In this document: one piece after another, positions 15,875 to 25,342 of the stretch | Layout of the letters: every line of letters begins with the position of its first letter | Numbering within the stretch: position 1 is the stretch's first letter | Source of the DNA: Gemmatimonadota bacterium | Lineage (GTDB): Bacteria; Gemmatimonadota; Gemmatimonadetes; Gemmatimonadales; GWC2-71-9 | NCBI GenBank assembly: GCA_003221005.1 | Contig: QHTZ01000077.1 | Span: forward strand, 1-35,540 | DNA: 35,540 bases | Direction of reading: 5' to 3' | Notes under the pieces: model-generated | Database searches by the model: none | Told to the model about the DNA's origin: nothing | The model's input: the letters and a program-made list of their open reading frames with translations, nothing else | Translations under genes and position numbers: made by a program

Positions 15875-17959
15875 CTAGCGCGCCAACCGCCGCAGCGCCT
15901 GGGCCACACTGTCGCTCGTCGACCGCCCGGCGTCGAGCCTGCCCCGCGCAGCGGTCCCCTCCCCTGCGGAGAGCCAGAAGCCGTCGTTCTGGCCAAAGAC
16001 GAGCGGCTTCAAAGTGGCCAGGTTGCGCACTCGCACGAGGGCCGAGGGAAGCTCCACCGCGTGCACGGCGTCGAGGCCGCGCGCGCGATAGGCGGCGAGC
16101 AGACGGCGCGTCATCACCTCCGGGGTGAAGACCAGCAACGGGCGGTCCGGGAGCGCAAAGCCGCGCAACAGGCCGAGCGAGAACCAGTCTCCCGGAGCCT
16201 GCCGCAGCCGGAAAGCGAAATACAGACCCGGGCGCTCCTTCAATACCCGGTCCCGGATACCGCGCGCGTGCTCGGCAACCAGCGCTTCGAGTGCCTGGTA
16301 GTACGCCGGTAGTAGCCCGGCATCCCGCAGGGTGCGATAGCGCTCGACCACGGGCAGCGAATCGAGCGGGCCGTGCCGGCCCATGCGCCTGATGGCTTGG
16401 CGCCACGCGGCGTCGCAGAATTCTTGCCCCATGGAGTAGCCGGTGAACTGGCCGCGCGGCAACGGACCGAGGTCGAAGGCGAGCGCGGGGACGAGCTGCC
16501 GGAGGCCGGCAGCGAGGCGGGCGAGGGTGACGACGGCGGGCACCACGCGGTCATCCCAGAACGCCGAGTCGAGGGCGCACGCCGCGCTCAGCGGCTCGCC
16601 GCGGATGCCGCGCGATGAATCGGCCCAGCCGGCGGGGGGCCGGAAGTCGCCGAACGCTGCCGCCGGAATCCAGGCCACACTGGTGGGCTGCAGCAGGCTC
16701 GCCGCGTCGCTCCAGGCGCGTCGCACGGCACTGCGCTCCTCCCACCGGTGGTGGAGCGAGTCGGCGACGGTCTCCGGGTCCGCATCGCCCGCCAGCAGGT
16801 TCAGTCCCGCCTGGTCGAGGAAGCCGACCAGCGAGTCGAGCGCCGCCGTGGAGCGCGGTGCGGGACCCTCCTCTCGCGGGAGCAGCAGCGGCGCCCACAG
16901 CGCCCGCATCCCCATCTGCCGGATCCATCCTGGGACGCCGCTCGCACGGGTGGTATCCCGCTTCGCCGGCCACGCTAGCGGCTCGGCCGTCACGCCCGGC
17001 GGCGGCTCCGCGAGGGGCGGCTGGATCTCGACCGGAAGTGGCGCGCCGGCGAGCGTCGCGGGCGTAGGGTGCTCCGCGGGCGGCACGTGTGCCCACTCAG
17101 CGGGGCGGCGGGTCCAGCGGGCGAGCGCCGTGAGAAAGTCGTGCGTTGCGGCGAGGGCGCCGAGCTGGAGCAGCGGCATGGTGCTAGGCCGATTCTCCGG
17201 TCCCAGGGCCCCAAGCGCGTGGCGACTGAGCACCACTACCAAGCCGTCGCCCACCCGAGCCGCCGCTGCGATCGGAGCGCCGCCGCGCGGCGTCGCGGCC
17301 TTCGGCGTGCGCACGAAGGCGCGGCGGCCTGCAACGGCGAGCACCTCGGAGCTGCGCCTCACTTCGAGCGCATGGTTGCGGCCCATGGGGAATGGGTCGT
17401 ACACGGATCCGAGGGGGTCGTCGCCGAGGCGTCGCCCCTCCGCCCAGGACTGGGTGCGCGGCGGGACGCTGCGCACTGTGGTGTCCTCCAGGGCCCCGTC
17501 CCCGATGGCGATGCCGGCCCCTTGTGAGGCGAGCCAGCGGTTCGCGACCCAGCGGTCGAGCGTCCCCTCTCCCTCTCCGGCGTACCCCAGCACGGCCACG
17601 CCGCCGCCCGGCACCCACGCGTCCAGGATGGCGAGATCGCCGGCGGTGAGCCCGTCCGACGGAGCCTCCGGCTCGCGGCCCAGGAGCAACAGCACCGTGT
17701 GGTAGCGGGCGAGGTCAGCGGTGGTGAGGTGGGGATAAAAACGGCGGTACTCGACGGTATATCCGGCGTCGTGCCAGGGGCGGGCGGTACCCTCGATCAA
17801 GGCGGGATCGGAGAGCATGAGGTCCAGTACCAGCGCGCGCCGCGCCTGCGGCTGGCACGCGCTGACGAAGAGCGCGGCGGCGGCGAGGAGCCGGCCACTC
17901 AGGGCGCGTACTGCGCGAACGGCTGGAGCGCCTCCCGCAGCTCGGCAGCGGTCTGCCAT
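15875..17959 (-). CDS. Large hypothetical lipoprotein (two-domain; start may be CTG 17902)
   Basis: Long ORF with signal and lipobox [12 protein letters not shown], an N-terminal alpha/beta region, a Pro-rich linker and a C-terminal domain; no family recognised with confidence. Confidence 0.78.
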   Translation of the reverse strand: MADRCRAAGGAPAVRAVRALSGRLLAAAALFVSACQPQARRALVLDLMLSDPALIEGTARPWHDAGYTVEYRRFYPHLTTADLARYHTVLLLLGREPEAPSDGLTAGDLAILDAWVPGGGVAVLGYAGEGEGTLDRWVANRWLASQGAGIAIGDGALEDTTVRSVPPRTQSWAEGRRLGDDPLGSVYDPFPMGRNHALEVRRSSEVLAVAGRRAFVRTPKAATPRGGAPIAAAARVGDGLVVVLSRHALGALGPENRPSTMPLLQLGALAATHDFLTALARWTRRPAEWAHVPPAEHPTPATLAGAPLPVEIQPPLAEPPPGVTAEPLAWPAKRDTTRASGVPGWIRQMGMRALWAPLLLPREEGPAPRSTAALDSLVGFLDQAGLNLLAGDADPETVADSLHHRWEERSAVRRAWSDAASLLQPTSVAWIPAAAFGDFRPPAGWADSSRGIRGEPLSAACALDSAFWDDRVVPAVVTLARLAAGLRQLVPALAFDLGPLPRGQFTGYSMGQEFCDAAWRQAIRRMGRHGPLDSLPVVERYRTLRDAGLLPAYYQALEALVAEHARGIRDRVLKERPGLYFAFRLRQAPGDWFSLGLLRGFALPDRPLLVFTPEVMTRRLLAAYRARGLDAVHAVELPSALVRVRNLATLKPLVFGQNDGFWLSAGEGTAARGRLDAGRSTSDSVAQALRRLAR

Positions 17960-18750
17960 CGCTCCGCCGCCGCCTTGGCGAGCGCGCGGACGATGATTGC
18001 GGCGAGCGGCTTGGGCACCTCGCGGCGCAGGGCGCGGAGGTCCGGGGGGGCCCGGTGCTGCTGCATGTCCAGGACCGCGGCGGCGCTGGGGGACGAGAAC
18101 GGCGGCCGCCCGGCGAGGGTCTCGAACAGCACGACCCCGAGCGAGTACAGGTCGGTCCGGCCATCGATGTCAGGGGAGCCGGCCGCCTGTTCCGGGCTCA
18201 TGTATTCCTCCGTGCCGACGACGAAGCCGCTGCGGGTCACACGGTCCTCGCCCGAGCGCGCGATCGCTCGCGCGATGCCGAGATCCACGAGGACGGCACC
18301 GTGGTCCGAGAGCACGATGTTGTCCGGCTTGATGTCCCGGTGCGCGATGCCGTGCGCGTGAGCGTACTCGAGCGCGTCGAGCACCTGGCACGCCAGCGTG
18401 ACCGCCCGTGCAATGTCCAGGCGGCGCTCGCGGCGGAGCACCTGCCGCAGGCTTTCGCCCTCGACGTAGGGCATCACGAACCACAGCAGGTAGTCCGATT
18501 CGCCGCTGTCGAGGAAGCGGGCGATGTGCGGGTGGTCGAGGCGCGCGGCATAGCGCATCTCCCGAAGGAAGCGATCAGCCGCCACCGATACGGTGAGCTC
18601 GGGGTGGAGCACCTTGATCGCGACCCGTCTTCCCGCCGGATCCGCGGCGCCGAATATCGCGGCGTTGCCGCCGCGCCCGATGGCGGAGATCACCGTGTAG
18701 CGGTCGCGCAGTGCCTCGCGTACCCGCTCGATCAGCTCGCGTCCCGGCAT
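17899..18750 (-). CDS. Stand-alone Ser/Thr protein kinase
   Basis: [31 protein letters not shown] and DLYSLG motifs. Confidence 0.93.
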   Translation of the reverse strand: MPGRELIERVREALRDRYTVISAIGRGGNAAIFGAADPAGRRVAIKVLHPELTVSVAADRFLREMRYAARLDHPHIARFLDSGESDYLLWFVMPYVEGESLRQVLRRERRLDIARAVTLACQVLDALEYAHAHGIAHRDIKPDNIVLSDHGAVLVDLGIARAIARSGEDRVTRSGFVVGTEEYMSPEQAAGSPDIDGRTDLYSLGVVLFETLAGRPPFSSPSAAAVLDMQQHRAPPDLRALRREVPKPLAAIIVRALAKAAAERWQTAAELREALQPFAQYAP

Positions 18751-18846
18751 GGCCTCGGATCCGGCAGGGTTTGTTCCGGTGGTCGGATGCGGTTAAGAAT
18801 AGACGCGGGCGCGGGGTCCGGCCAGAGAACCAGGGGGCGGGGGCGC

Positions 18847-19356
18847 GTGGCGACCATCGAAGCGGTGCAGGGCGACATCACCACTCAGGCCGTGGATGCA
18901 ATCGTTAACGCGGCCAATACGACACTCTTGAGCGGCGGCGGGGTGGACGGTGCGATCCATCGCGCGGCCGGCCCAGGGCTGCTCGAGGAGTGCCGGGCGC
19001 TGGGCGGTTGCCCCACCGGTGAGGCGCGCCTCACGCGAGGCCACCGCCTCCGGGCCCAATACGTGATCCACACGGTGGGTCCCGTGTGGAGCGGCGGGGG
19101 GCGGGGTGACGCCGAGCTGCTGCGGAGCTGCTACGTCACGTCGCTCGCGCTCGCGGCGCGACATGGCGTTCGCTCGATTGCGTTCCCGTCGATCAGCACG
19201 GGCGCGTACCACTACCCGATCGAGCAGGCTACCGAGATCGCGGTGCGGGCGGTACGGGAATGTCTCGCGCGCCCCAGCCCCGTGGAGGTGCTCCGGTTCG
19301 TGTGCTTCAGCGCGCGGGACCTTGACGTCTACCAGCGACTGCTCAGCGCGGACTAG
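18847..19356 (+). CDS. ymdB: Macro-domain O-acetyl-ADP-ribose deacetylase (YmdB/MacroD family)
   Basis: [32 protein letters not shown] and IAFPSISTG motifs; start at GTG 18847. Confidence 0.93.
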   Translation: MATIEAVQGDITTQAVDAIVNAANTTLLSGGGVDGAIHRAAGPGLLEECRALGGCPTGEARLTRGHRLRAQYVIHTVGPVWSGGGRGDAELLRSCYVTSLALAARHGVRSIAFPSISTGAYHYPIEQATEIAVRAVRECLARPSPVEVLRFVCFSARDLDVYQRLLSAD

Positions 19357-19696
19357 GGGCCGAGTCGGCACCGAGCCGCGTCAGGCCGCGCCGTGCGGCC
19401 GCGATGTACAGCTCGAAGGTGGGATCGCCGCCCGAGCCGACGGCGACCACGAAGCGGTACGCGGCGATGGCGGCGCCGCGGTCGCGCGCGCGCTCGGCCT
19501 TTTCCGCGCGCGCCAGCATCCGGTCAAGCACGTCCGGTGTGCGCCAGCTGCGCCCCGGGTCGACGCGCAGCCGCACCTGGGTGCGCGAGAACCAGAGGGC
19601 GCCGCCCCCGGCGAGCACGACGGCGAGGCCAGCGAGGATGAGCGCGAGGCGCCGTGCGCGGCGGGGATCGGGAGTCTGCGGTGCGACGCTGTCCAT
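19343..19696 (-). CDS. Hypothetical single-pass membrane protein with helical (TPR-like) C-terminus
   Basis: N-terminal hydrophobic helix; SD GAGGA upstream; fills the gap between ymdB and the AraC gene. Confidence 0.7.
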   Translation of the reverse strand: MDSVAPQTPDPRRARRLALILAGLAVVLAGGGALWFSRTQVRLRVDPGRSWRTPDVLDRMLARAEKAERARDRGAAIAAYRFVVAVGSGGDPTFELYIAAARRGLTRLGADSAPSPR

Positions 19697-19789
19697 CAGT
19701 CCTCGCAGTGTTCGGGTGTCCGCAGCGGCGCGAACGGCGGCGCGCAGCGTTGAGCCGCGGTTGACGGGGGAGCGTTACCGTGTCGCCGC

Positions 19790-20653
19790 ATGGTGACGGT
19801 GTGCACGGTCCTCGCGCCGCCCGAGCGCCCTCGCGTCGACGCGGCCGGCGACGGGTACTTTACGGCACTGCACGTCGATTCGTTCCGAGACGTGTTGCAC
19901 ACGGCACGGAAACGCCGGGTGGACGCGCTGGTGATTTCCGTGCACGGCTGCGGCGGCCGGGAGCTGCCCGCCGTCGCCCGGTTTGTGCGCGAGTTTCCGG
20001 CCATTCCGGCGGTTGCGCTCGTCTCGCGGCACGACAATGCGGCCACGGAAACACTCCTCCGGCTCGGCGCTACCGGCGTGCGCGCCGCGGTCGACTGTAC
20101 CGCGCCAGGCGGCTGGCGGCGGCTGCGCGAGCTGCTGGGGCATCCCGCCTCGCCAGTCGTGGCGCTCGTGCTGGCGCGGATCCTGCCCGCGCTGGCGGAC
20201 ATCCCCGGCGACGCACGGCTGTTCTTCGAGGCGCTCGCCCGCCTCGCCCCTGTGCTCACCACGGTGCGCGGGCTGGCGCGGCACCTGCGGATCAGCCCCA
20301 GCACCCTGATGTCCCGCTTCTACCGGGCAGGGCTGCCGTCCCCCAAGAGCTACCTCGCGGGCGTCCGGCTGCTGCACGCGGCGTACCTGTTTCAGAACCC
20401 GGGCCTCTCGGTCGCCGACGTCGCGTACCGGCTTGACTACTCGTCCCCCCAGAGCTTCGGGCGGCACCTCAAGGCGATGCTGGGCGTGACGGCCGGCGAG
20501 TTCCGCCAGCGGTTTCCGTTCGACGTCGCGTTGACGCGGTTCGTCGATCTGCTGATCACCCCGTACCGGGAGGCCCTGCGCGCGTTTCACCCCCTCAACG
20601 CGGGGATGTGGCACCAAGGCCCGGACGCGGCTCGCGTCTCCCGGCCGGGGTGA
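19790..20653 (+). CDS. AraC-family helix-turn-helix transcriptional regulator with receiver-like N-terminal domain
   Basis: LARHLRISPSTL (HTH1) and SVADVAYRLDYSSPQSFGRHLKAMLGVTAGEFR (AraC signature). Confidence 0.88.
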   Translation: MVTVCTVLAPPERPRVDAAGDGYFTALHVDSFRDVLHTARKRRVDALVISVHGCGGRELPAVARFVREFPAIPAVALVSRHDNAATETLLRLGATGVRAAVDCTAPGGWRRLRELLGHPASPVVALVLARILPALADIPGDARLFFEALARLAPVLTTVRGLARHLRISPSTLMSRFYRAGLPSPKSYLAGVRLLHAAYLFQNPGLSVADVAYRLDYSSPQSFGRHLKAMLGVTAGEFRQRFPFDVALTRFVDLLITPYREALRAFHPLNAGMWHQGPDAARVSRPG

Positions 20654-22381
20654 TCAGTCCGCGGCGGCGTCCGCCCGGCGCTCCGCCGTTTGATGCTCGC
20701 GCGACAACACGGAAAAGCGCGCGATGCTGCTGCGCAGCCGCTCGGCGAGTTGGGCGAGCTGCTGCGACGTCACCGTCAGGTCGCCCATCGACGTGATCTG
20801 CGCTTGAGTAGACGCTGCCGCCCCGTTCGCACTCTCCGACGACGCGGCGGACGTCGCGGCCACCTGCTGCAGCGACTGGGCCAGGCTCGCGAGCCGCTGG
20901 GCCTGACTGCGGGAAACCTCAGCCGTTGCGTTCACCAGGTCGCCGATCAGCTGCACGCCCTGGTGCAGCTCCTGGAGCGCGCCGTCGGCTTCCGCGGCCA
21001 CGGCGCCGATGTCTCGCACCTTGCCCTCCCCTGACTGCATCGCCCGCGCGGCGGCGTCGATCCCGGCGCGGAGATCCGAGACCAGCTCTGCCACCTCACG
21101 CGCCGACTTCCCCGCTTCGGCCGCGAGGGTGCGGACCTCGTCAGCGACGACGGCGAAACCCTCGCCGTGCTGCTCCGCCCGGGCGGCCTCGATGGCGGCG
21201 TTCAATGCGAGGAGGTGCGTCTGCCGCGCGATCCGGGCAATGGTCTGAGCGAAGACGCCGATTCGCTCGGACATGCCCGACAGCCCGGCCACAGTCGAGG
21301 CTGTCGCGCGGACCTCCTCGCCCACGGTACGCAACGTCTGGCTCGCCCGCGCCACGCGTTCGCGCCCCCGCTCTGCCGCCGCAACGAGGCGGGCCGCGTC
21401 CACTTGCATCAGCTCCGCCCGGACGCGCAGCGACTCCGCCTGATCGGCGGCCTTGGCGCTCTCGCCGCGCGCGCCATCGACCGTGGCCCGCTGGCCGCCG
21501 AGGTCGGTGGCGAGCTGCTGCGCGGTGTGCGTCACGGCGTCCGATGTGGCGTGCAGTTCCTGGGCTGACGCCGCGAGCTGCTCCGCGAACGCCGCCACCT
21601 CGTCCGCCTCGCGCTGCACCGTGGAGATCGTCCCACTGATCTCCTCCAGCATCCGGTTGAAGCTCTTCTCGAGGAAGCCGAGCTCGTCCGACTCTCCGGC
21701 CGGCGCGCGGACGGCGAGCTGTCCCCGCTCCGCTACGCCCATGACGCCGCGCGTGTGGCGGATCCGCTCGATCAGGCGCGCCGGGATCCGCCGCAACGCC
21801 ATCGCGACCGCGATGAAGACCACCGTCTCGATGTACGACGCCGTGCCGAGCCCGGGGGCCCCGCCATAGAGCACGTAATGCAGGTGGCTCGCCGCCAGGT
21901 ACACGAGGGCGGAGATCAGGACCAGGAAGTCACCGACGGCTTGCCCCTGGTCGAACGCGTAGGGGAGCACCGCGATGAAGAAGGCCGCCACGAGGCCCCC
22001 GTGCCCGAACCACACCACGGGCACGCCCACCAGCAAGGCGTCCAGGAGCGCGAGCACGTAGATCAGCCAGAAGCGGTACCAGCCCCGCTCGGTAATGAGG
22101 CCGGTGATCGCGTTGAGCACCGCCGCGCCGCCGGCGAGCAGCACCATCGTGGTTGGCCGCGTCTTGACGACGCCGGCGATCCACCCCAGGACGCCGATGA
22201 GGAACCCCGTTCCCACCATGACCCAGCGGCGCCGGTGCGCGCGGGTGACGGCTTCGAGATCCCGGAGCCGCTGCTCGACGCCCGACGCATCGTCCTTCCA
22301 GCCGCGGACCCGTGCGGCCAGCGACTTTCTGAAGGGAGGGATGCCTGGCGGCGCTGTCACGTGTTGGGCCACTCCGGACAC
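20654..22381 (-). CDS. Methyl-accepting chemotaxis protein with multi-TM sensor and HAMP domain
   Basis: [19 protein letters not shown] and [13 protein letters not shown] hairpin tip; [17 protein letters not shown]; several N-terminal TMs. Exact GTG start uncertain. Confidence 0.95.
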   Translation of the reverse strand: MSGVAQHVTAPPGIPPFRKSLAARVRGWKDDASGVEQRLRDLEAVTRAHRRRWVMVGTGFLIGVLGWIAGVVKTRPTTMVLLAGGAAVLNAITGLITERGWYRFWLIYVLALLDALLVGVPVVWFGHGGLVAAFFIAVLPYAFDQGQAVGDFLVLISALVYLAASHLHYVLYGGAPGLGTASYIETVVFIAVAMALRRIPARLIERIRHTRGVMGVAERGQLAVRAPAGESDELGFLEKSFNRMLEEISGTISTVQREADEVAAFAEQLAASAQELHATSDAVTHTAQQLATDLGGQRATVDGARGESAKAADQAESLRVRAELMQVDAARLVAAAERGRERVARASQTLRTVGEEVRATASTVAGLSGMSERIGVFAQTIARIARQTHLLALNAAIEAARAEQHGEGFAVVADEVRTLAAEAGKSAREVAELVSDLRAGIDAAARAMQSGEGKVRDIGAVAAEADGALQELHQGVQLIGDLVNATAEVSRSQAQRLASLAQSLQQVAATSAASSESANGAAASTQAQITSMGDLTVTSQQLAQLAERLRSSIARFSVLSREHQTAERRADAAAD

Positions 22382-22421
22382 ATCCTACACAGCGTGCCGT
22401 GCGACACAAGCGGCGGGACCC

Positions 22422-22982
22422 TCACCCGATGCCCAGGTCCCGGGCGGTGAGTAAAGCGTCGACCTGGTAACCCGCCAGCTCCACAGTCGCACGGCCACCT
22501 TCGTCGCGGTCTACCACGGCCAGAACGCCCAGCACCCGCCCGCCTTCCCCCTCGACGACGCGGATCGCCTCCTGGGCGGAGCGGCCGGTGGTGATCACGT
22601 CTTCCACGATGACCACACTGGCGCCGGGCGTGAAGCAGCCCTCGATGCGGTTTCCCGTGCCGTGGTTCTTCCGCTCCTTGCGGACGGTGAAGGCGTCCAG
22701 GATGGCTCCCCGCCCGCGCGCGGCGGCGGCGATGGCATAGGCGACGGGGTCGGCACCGAGCGTCAGCCCCCCGACCAGTTGGGGCTTCCACCCTCTGGCG
22801 GCGAGGCGCTCGAACCCCAGGGCGCCGATTAGGGCCAGACCCTCGCCTGACATGGTCGTCTGCCGAGCGTCGATGTAGAAGGAGGATCGCCGTCCCGAGG
22901 CCAGCACAAAGTCGCCCCGGCGTAGCGAGCGCTCGAGGAGCATTTCGCGGAGGCGTTCGCGCAGCCCGGGGCTCTCGCTCAT
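22422..22982 (-). CDS. pyrE: Orotate phosphoribosyltransferase
   Basis: GDFVLASGRRSSFYID, VRKERKNHG and PRPP-binding VIVEDVITTG motifs. Confidence 0.96.
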   Translation of the reverse strand: MSESPGLRERLREMLLERSLRRGDFVLASGRRSSFYIDARQTTMSGEGLALIGALGFERLAARGWKPQLVGGLTLGADPVAYAIAAAARGRGAILDAFTVRKERKNHGTGNRIEGCFTPGASVVIVEDVITTGRSAQEAIRVVEGEGGRVLGVLAVVDRDEGGRATVELAGYQVDALLTARDLGIG

Positions 22983-23018
22983 GGGGCCATAGTAGTATGG
23001 ATTACTACTACTACGTGC

Positions 23019-23942
23019 TCATCCCCGGTCGCTCACGATCCGTCTGAAGGTCCCCAGCAGGCCCGGCCCGCCCGGCCGCCCCGCCTCCGGTGAGGTCGTG
23101 ACTCCTGCCGCCACCTCGGTGCCGAACGCGGCCACGGTCGGCTGGCGCGCCGCGGGATCGCGCGCGAGGCCGCGCATGACGACGCCTTCGAGCGCGGGGG
23201 CGAAGGACCGCCGCGGCGCGGCGCGGCTCAGGGGGAGCGGGGGCTCGGTGAGCAGCCGTTGAAACAGCTCCCGCTGCGTGCGACCGCTGAAGGGGTGCCG
23301 CCCCGTGAGGAGGTAGTAGGCGATCGTCGCCAGGCTGTAGATGTCGGCCCGCTCGTCCACCAGCTCCCCGGAGAGCGCCTCCGGTGCCACGTACTGCAGC
23401 GTGCCCACGAAGAAGCCCGTGCGCGTGAGCCGCTCCTCAGGGGGCAGCTGGGCGTCCCGCGCGATGCCGAAGTCCAGCAGCTTCGCAGTCTCGCTCGCCC
23501 GGTCATACATGACGTTCTCGGGCTTCAGGTCGCGGTGGATGATGCCGGCGCCGTGGGCGGCGCTGAGCGCGTCGGCGAGCTGCTGCACCAGCTTGCCCAC
23601 CAGGGTCGGAGCCAGAGGTCCGCTGCGGTGTACGAAGTCGGCGAGCGGCTCCCCCTCAGCCCACTCCAAGGCGAGATATTGTTGGCCGTCCGCTTCCCCG
23701 TAATCGTAGGTGCGCACGACGCTCGCGTGACGCACCCGCGCCCCGTATCCCGCTTCGCGCAAGAAGCGCTTGACCGCGGTGGGGTCGCCCCTCAGCCCCG
23801 GCCGCAATACCTTGAATGCGCAGAGGCCGCGCTCGGGGTGACGGGCGCGGTAGACGTCGGCCGTGCCACCTTCGCCGACGCGCTCGAGCAACTGGTAGCC
23901 GGCGAGGGTGCGGCCCGCGAGGTTCTCGGCGGGCTTGGGAAT
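23019..23942 (-). CDS. Stand-alone Ser/Thr protein kinase (start uncertain: ATT 23942 or TTG 23891)
   Basis: LAGRTLAGYQLLERVGEGG, AFK, HRDLKPEN, DFG, GTLQYVAPE and DIYSL motifs. Confidence 0.93.
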   Translation of the reverse strand: MPKPAENLAGRTLAGYQLLERVGEGGTADVYRARHPERGLCAFKVLRPGLRGDPTAVKRFLREAGYGARVRHASVVRTYDYGEADGQQYLALEWAEGEPLADFVHRSGPLAPTLVGKLVQQLADALSAAHGAGIIHRDLKPENVMYDRASETAKLLDFGIARDAQLPPEERLTRTGFFVGTLQYVAPEALSGELVDERADIYSLATIAYYLLTGRHPFSGRTQRELFQRLLTEPPLPLSRAAPRRSFAPALEGVVMRGLARDPAARQPTVAAFGTEVAAGVTTSPEAGRPGGPGLLGTFRRIVSDRG

Positions 23943-23977
23943 GCGCGAAACTAACGTGCGGACTTGAGGTTGAGCAA

Positions 23978-25342
23978 GTGAGACGAGGCGCCGCGCTCAT
24001 CCTGCTGTTGGTCGGCCTGACGGGAGGGTGCGCGCAGTGGCAGCGAGCCGGCACCCAGCCGCATTCCCGTCCAGAGACCACCGTCCCCCAGCTGTTCGAC
24101 GCGCTCTCGATTTACCGGGCAATGGGGTTCATCGTAGGCACGCCGCCGCTGGCGTTCGTCGCTTCGATCCGCTTCCTCGCGGGTGTGACGCCCGAATCGA
24201 CCATGGCGGTCTTCGCGATGTCCCTCGCGAACCGGGCCCTGAGTTTTCGCCACAGCGGCGACGGTTTCGTGGCCGAGTATCACGTCGAGCTCGCGTTCGG
24301 GAGTGACAGCGCGACCGCGCGCCAGGTGACGCGGGATGAAGCGGTGCGGGTGCACGGCTTCCAGGAAACGCTGCGAGCGGACGAGAGCATCATCTTCCAG
24401 CAATTCGTCGCGTTGCGCCCCGGCATCTACACGGTGAGTCTCGTGGTCCGGGACCGCAACGGTCCGGCGTACGTCCGACAGGAAGTCGTCGACACGGTGC
24501 CGCGTCTCCAGGGGCCGGCGCTGGGAACGCCCGTGCCGATCTATCAGGGCGCGGGCCGCACGCAACTCGGCGCGGTGCCGCAGATCGTGGTGAATCCCCG
24601 CGCGGCGCTGCCGTACGCGTCGGATTCGCTGCGCTTCTACGTCGAGGGTTACGGCATGCCGGCAGGGACCCGGCTGGCAGCCCGTGTGGTCGATCCGGAT
24701 TCGGTCCAGTTGTGGCGAGATACCACGGTGCTTGCAGGGGACCGTGCGCTCGCGAGCGCGCGGCTGTTCATCGGACCGGGTGCCTTACCGATCGGGCGTG
24801 CCGAGCTGGAGGTGACGGCGGTAGGCACGACGGCGAGCGTTCGGGCACCACTGCTCGTGAGCCTCTCCGATCAGTGGGCGATCACGAATGTCGAAGAGAT
24901 GGCGAACCTGCTCCGCTACTTCCCGCGCCAGGACCTCGTGTCGAAGCTGCGGAGCGCCCCGCCGGATCAACGGGCGACGCGGTGGCGCGAGCTCTACAAG
25001 GCGACTGACCCGGTCCCCGTGACGCCGGAGAACGAGGCGTTGGATGAATACTTCAGCCGTCTCGCGATTGCGAACGCGCGCTTTCAGGAGCCCGGCATGC
25101 CAGGGTGGTTGACCGACCGGGGCGAGGTGTTCATCACGCTGGGCGAGCCCGACGAGGTGTTCGATATCGGCACCGATGCGCGGCCCACGCCCACCGGCAC
25201 GCGCGCGGTACGCTGGGACTACGCCAACCTGCGCCTGACACTCTACTTTCAGGACGAGACCGCGTTCGGGCAGTATCGCCTCACGCCCGCTTCGCGCGCC
25301 GAGTACCAGCGCGCGCTCGCGCAGGTGCGTCGCGCGCAGTGA
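23978..25342 (+). CDS. GWxTD domain-containing lipoprotein
   Basis: Signal and lipobox MRRGAALILLLVGLTGGC; DPxPxTPENE and GWLTDRGEVFITLGEPD motifs. Confidence 0.9.
   Translation: MRRGAALILLLVGLTGGCAQWQRAGTQPHSRPETTVPQLFDALSIYRAMGFIVGTPPLAFVASIRFLAGVTPESTMAVFAMSLANRALSFRHSGDGFVAEYHVELAFGSDSATARQVTRDEAVRVHGFQETLRADESIIFQQFVALRPGIYTVSLVVRDRNGPAYVRQEVVDTVPRLQGPALGTPVPIYQGAGRTQLGAVPQIVVNPRAALPYASDSLRFYVEGYGMPAGTRLAARVVDPDSVQLWRDTTVLAGDRALASARLFIGPGALPIGRAELEVTAVGTTASVRAPLLVSLSDQWAITNVEEMANLLRYFPRQDLVSKLRSAPPDQRATRWRELYKATDPVPVTPENEALDEYFSRLAIANARFQEPGMPGWLTDRGEVFITLGEPDEVFDIGTDARPTPTGTRAVRWDYANLRLTLYFQDETAFGQYRLTPASRAEYQRALAQVRRAQ

Noticed and set aside
15280-16312. ORFs on the + strand over 15280-16312
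   Set aside because: They are antisense to rnpB and neighbouring genes; typical spurious calls over a structural RNA.
18847-19356. Macro-domain protein as antitoxin or anti-phage component
   Set aside because: It is a canonical stand-alone YmdB/MacroD sequence with no adjacent ADP-ribosyltransferase or sirtuin.
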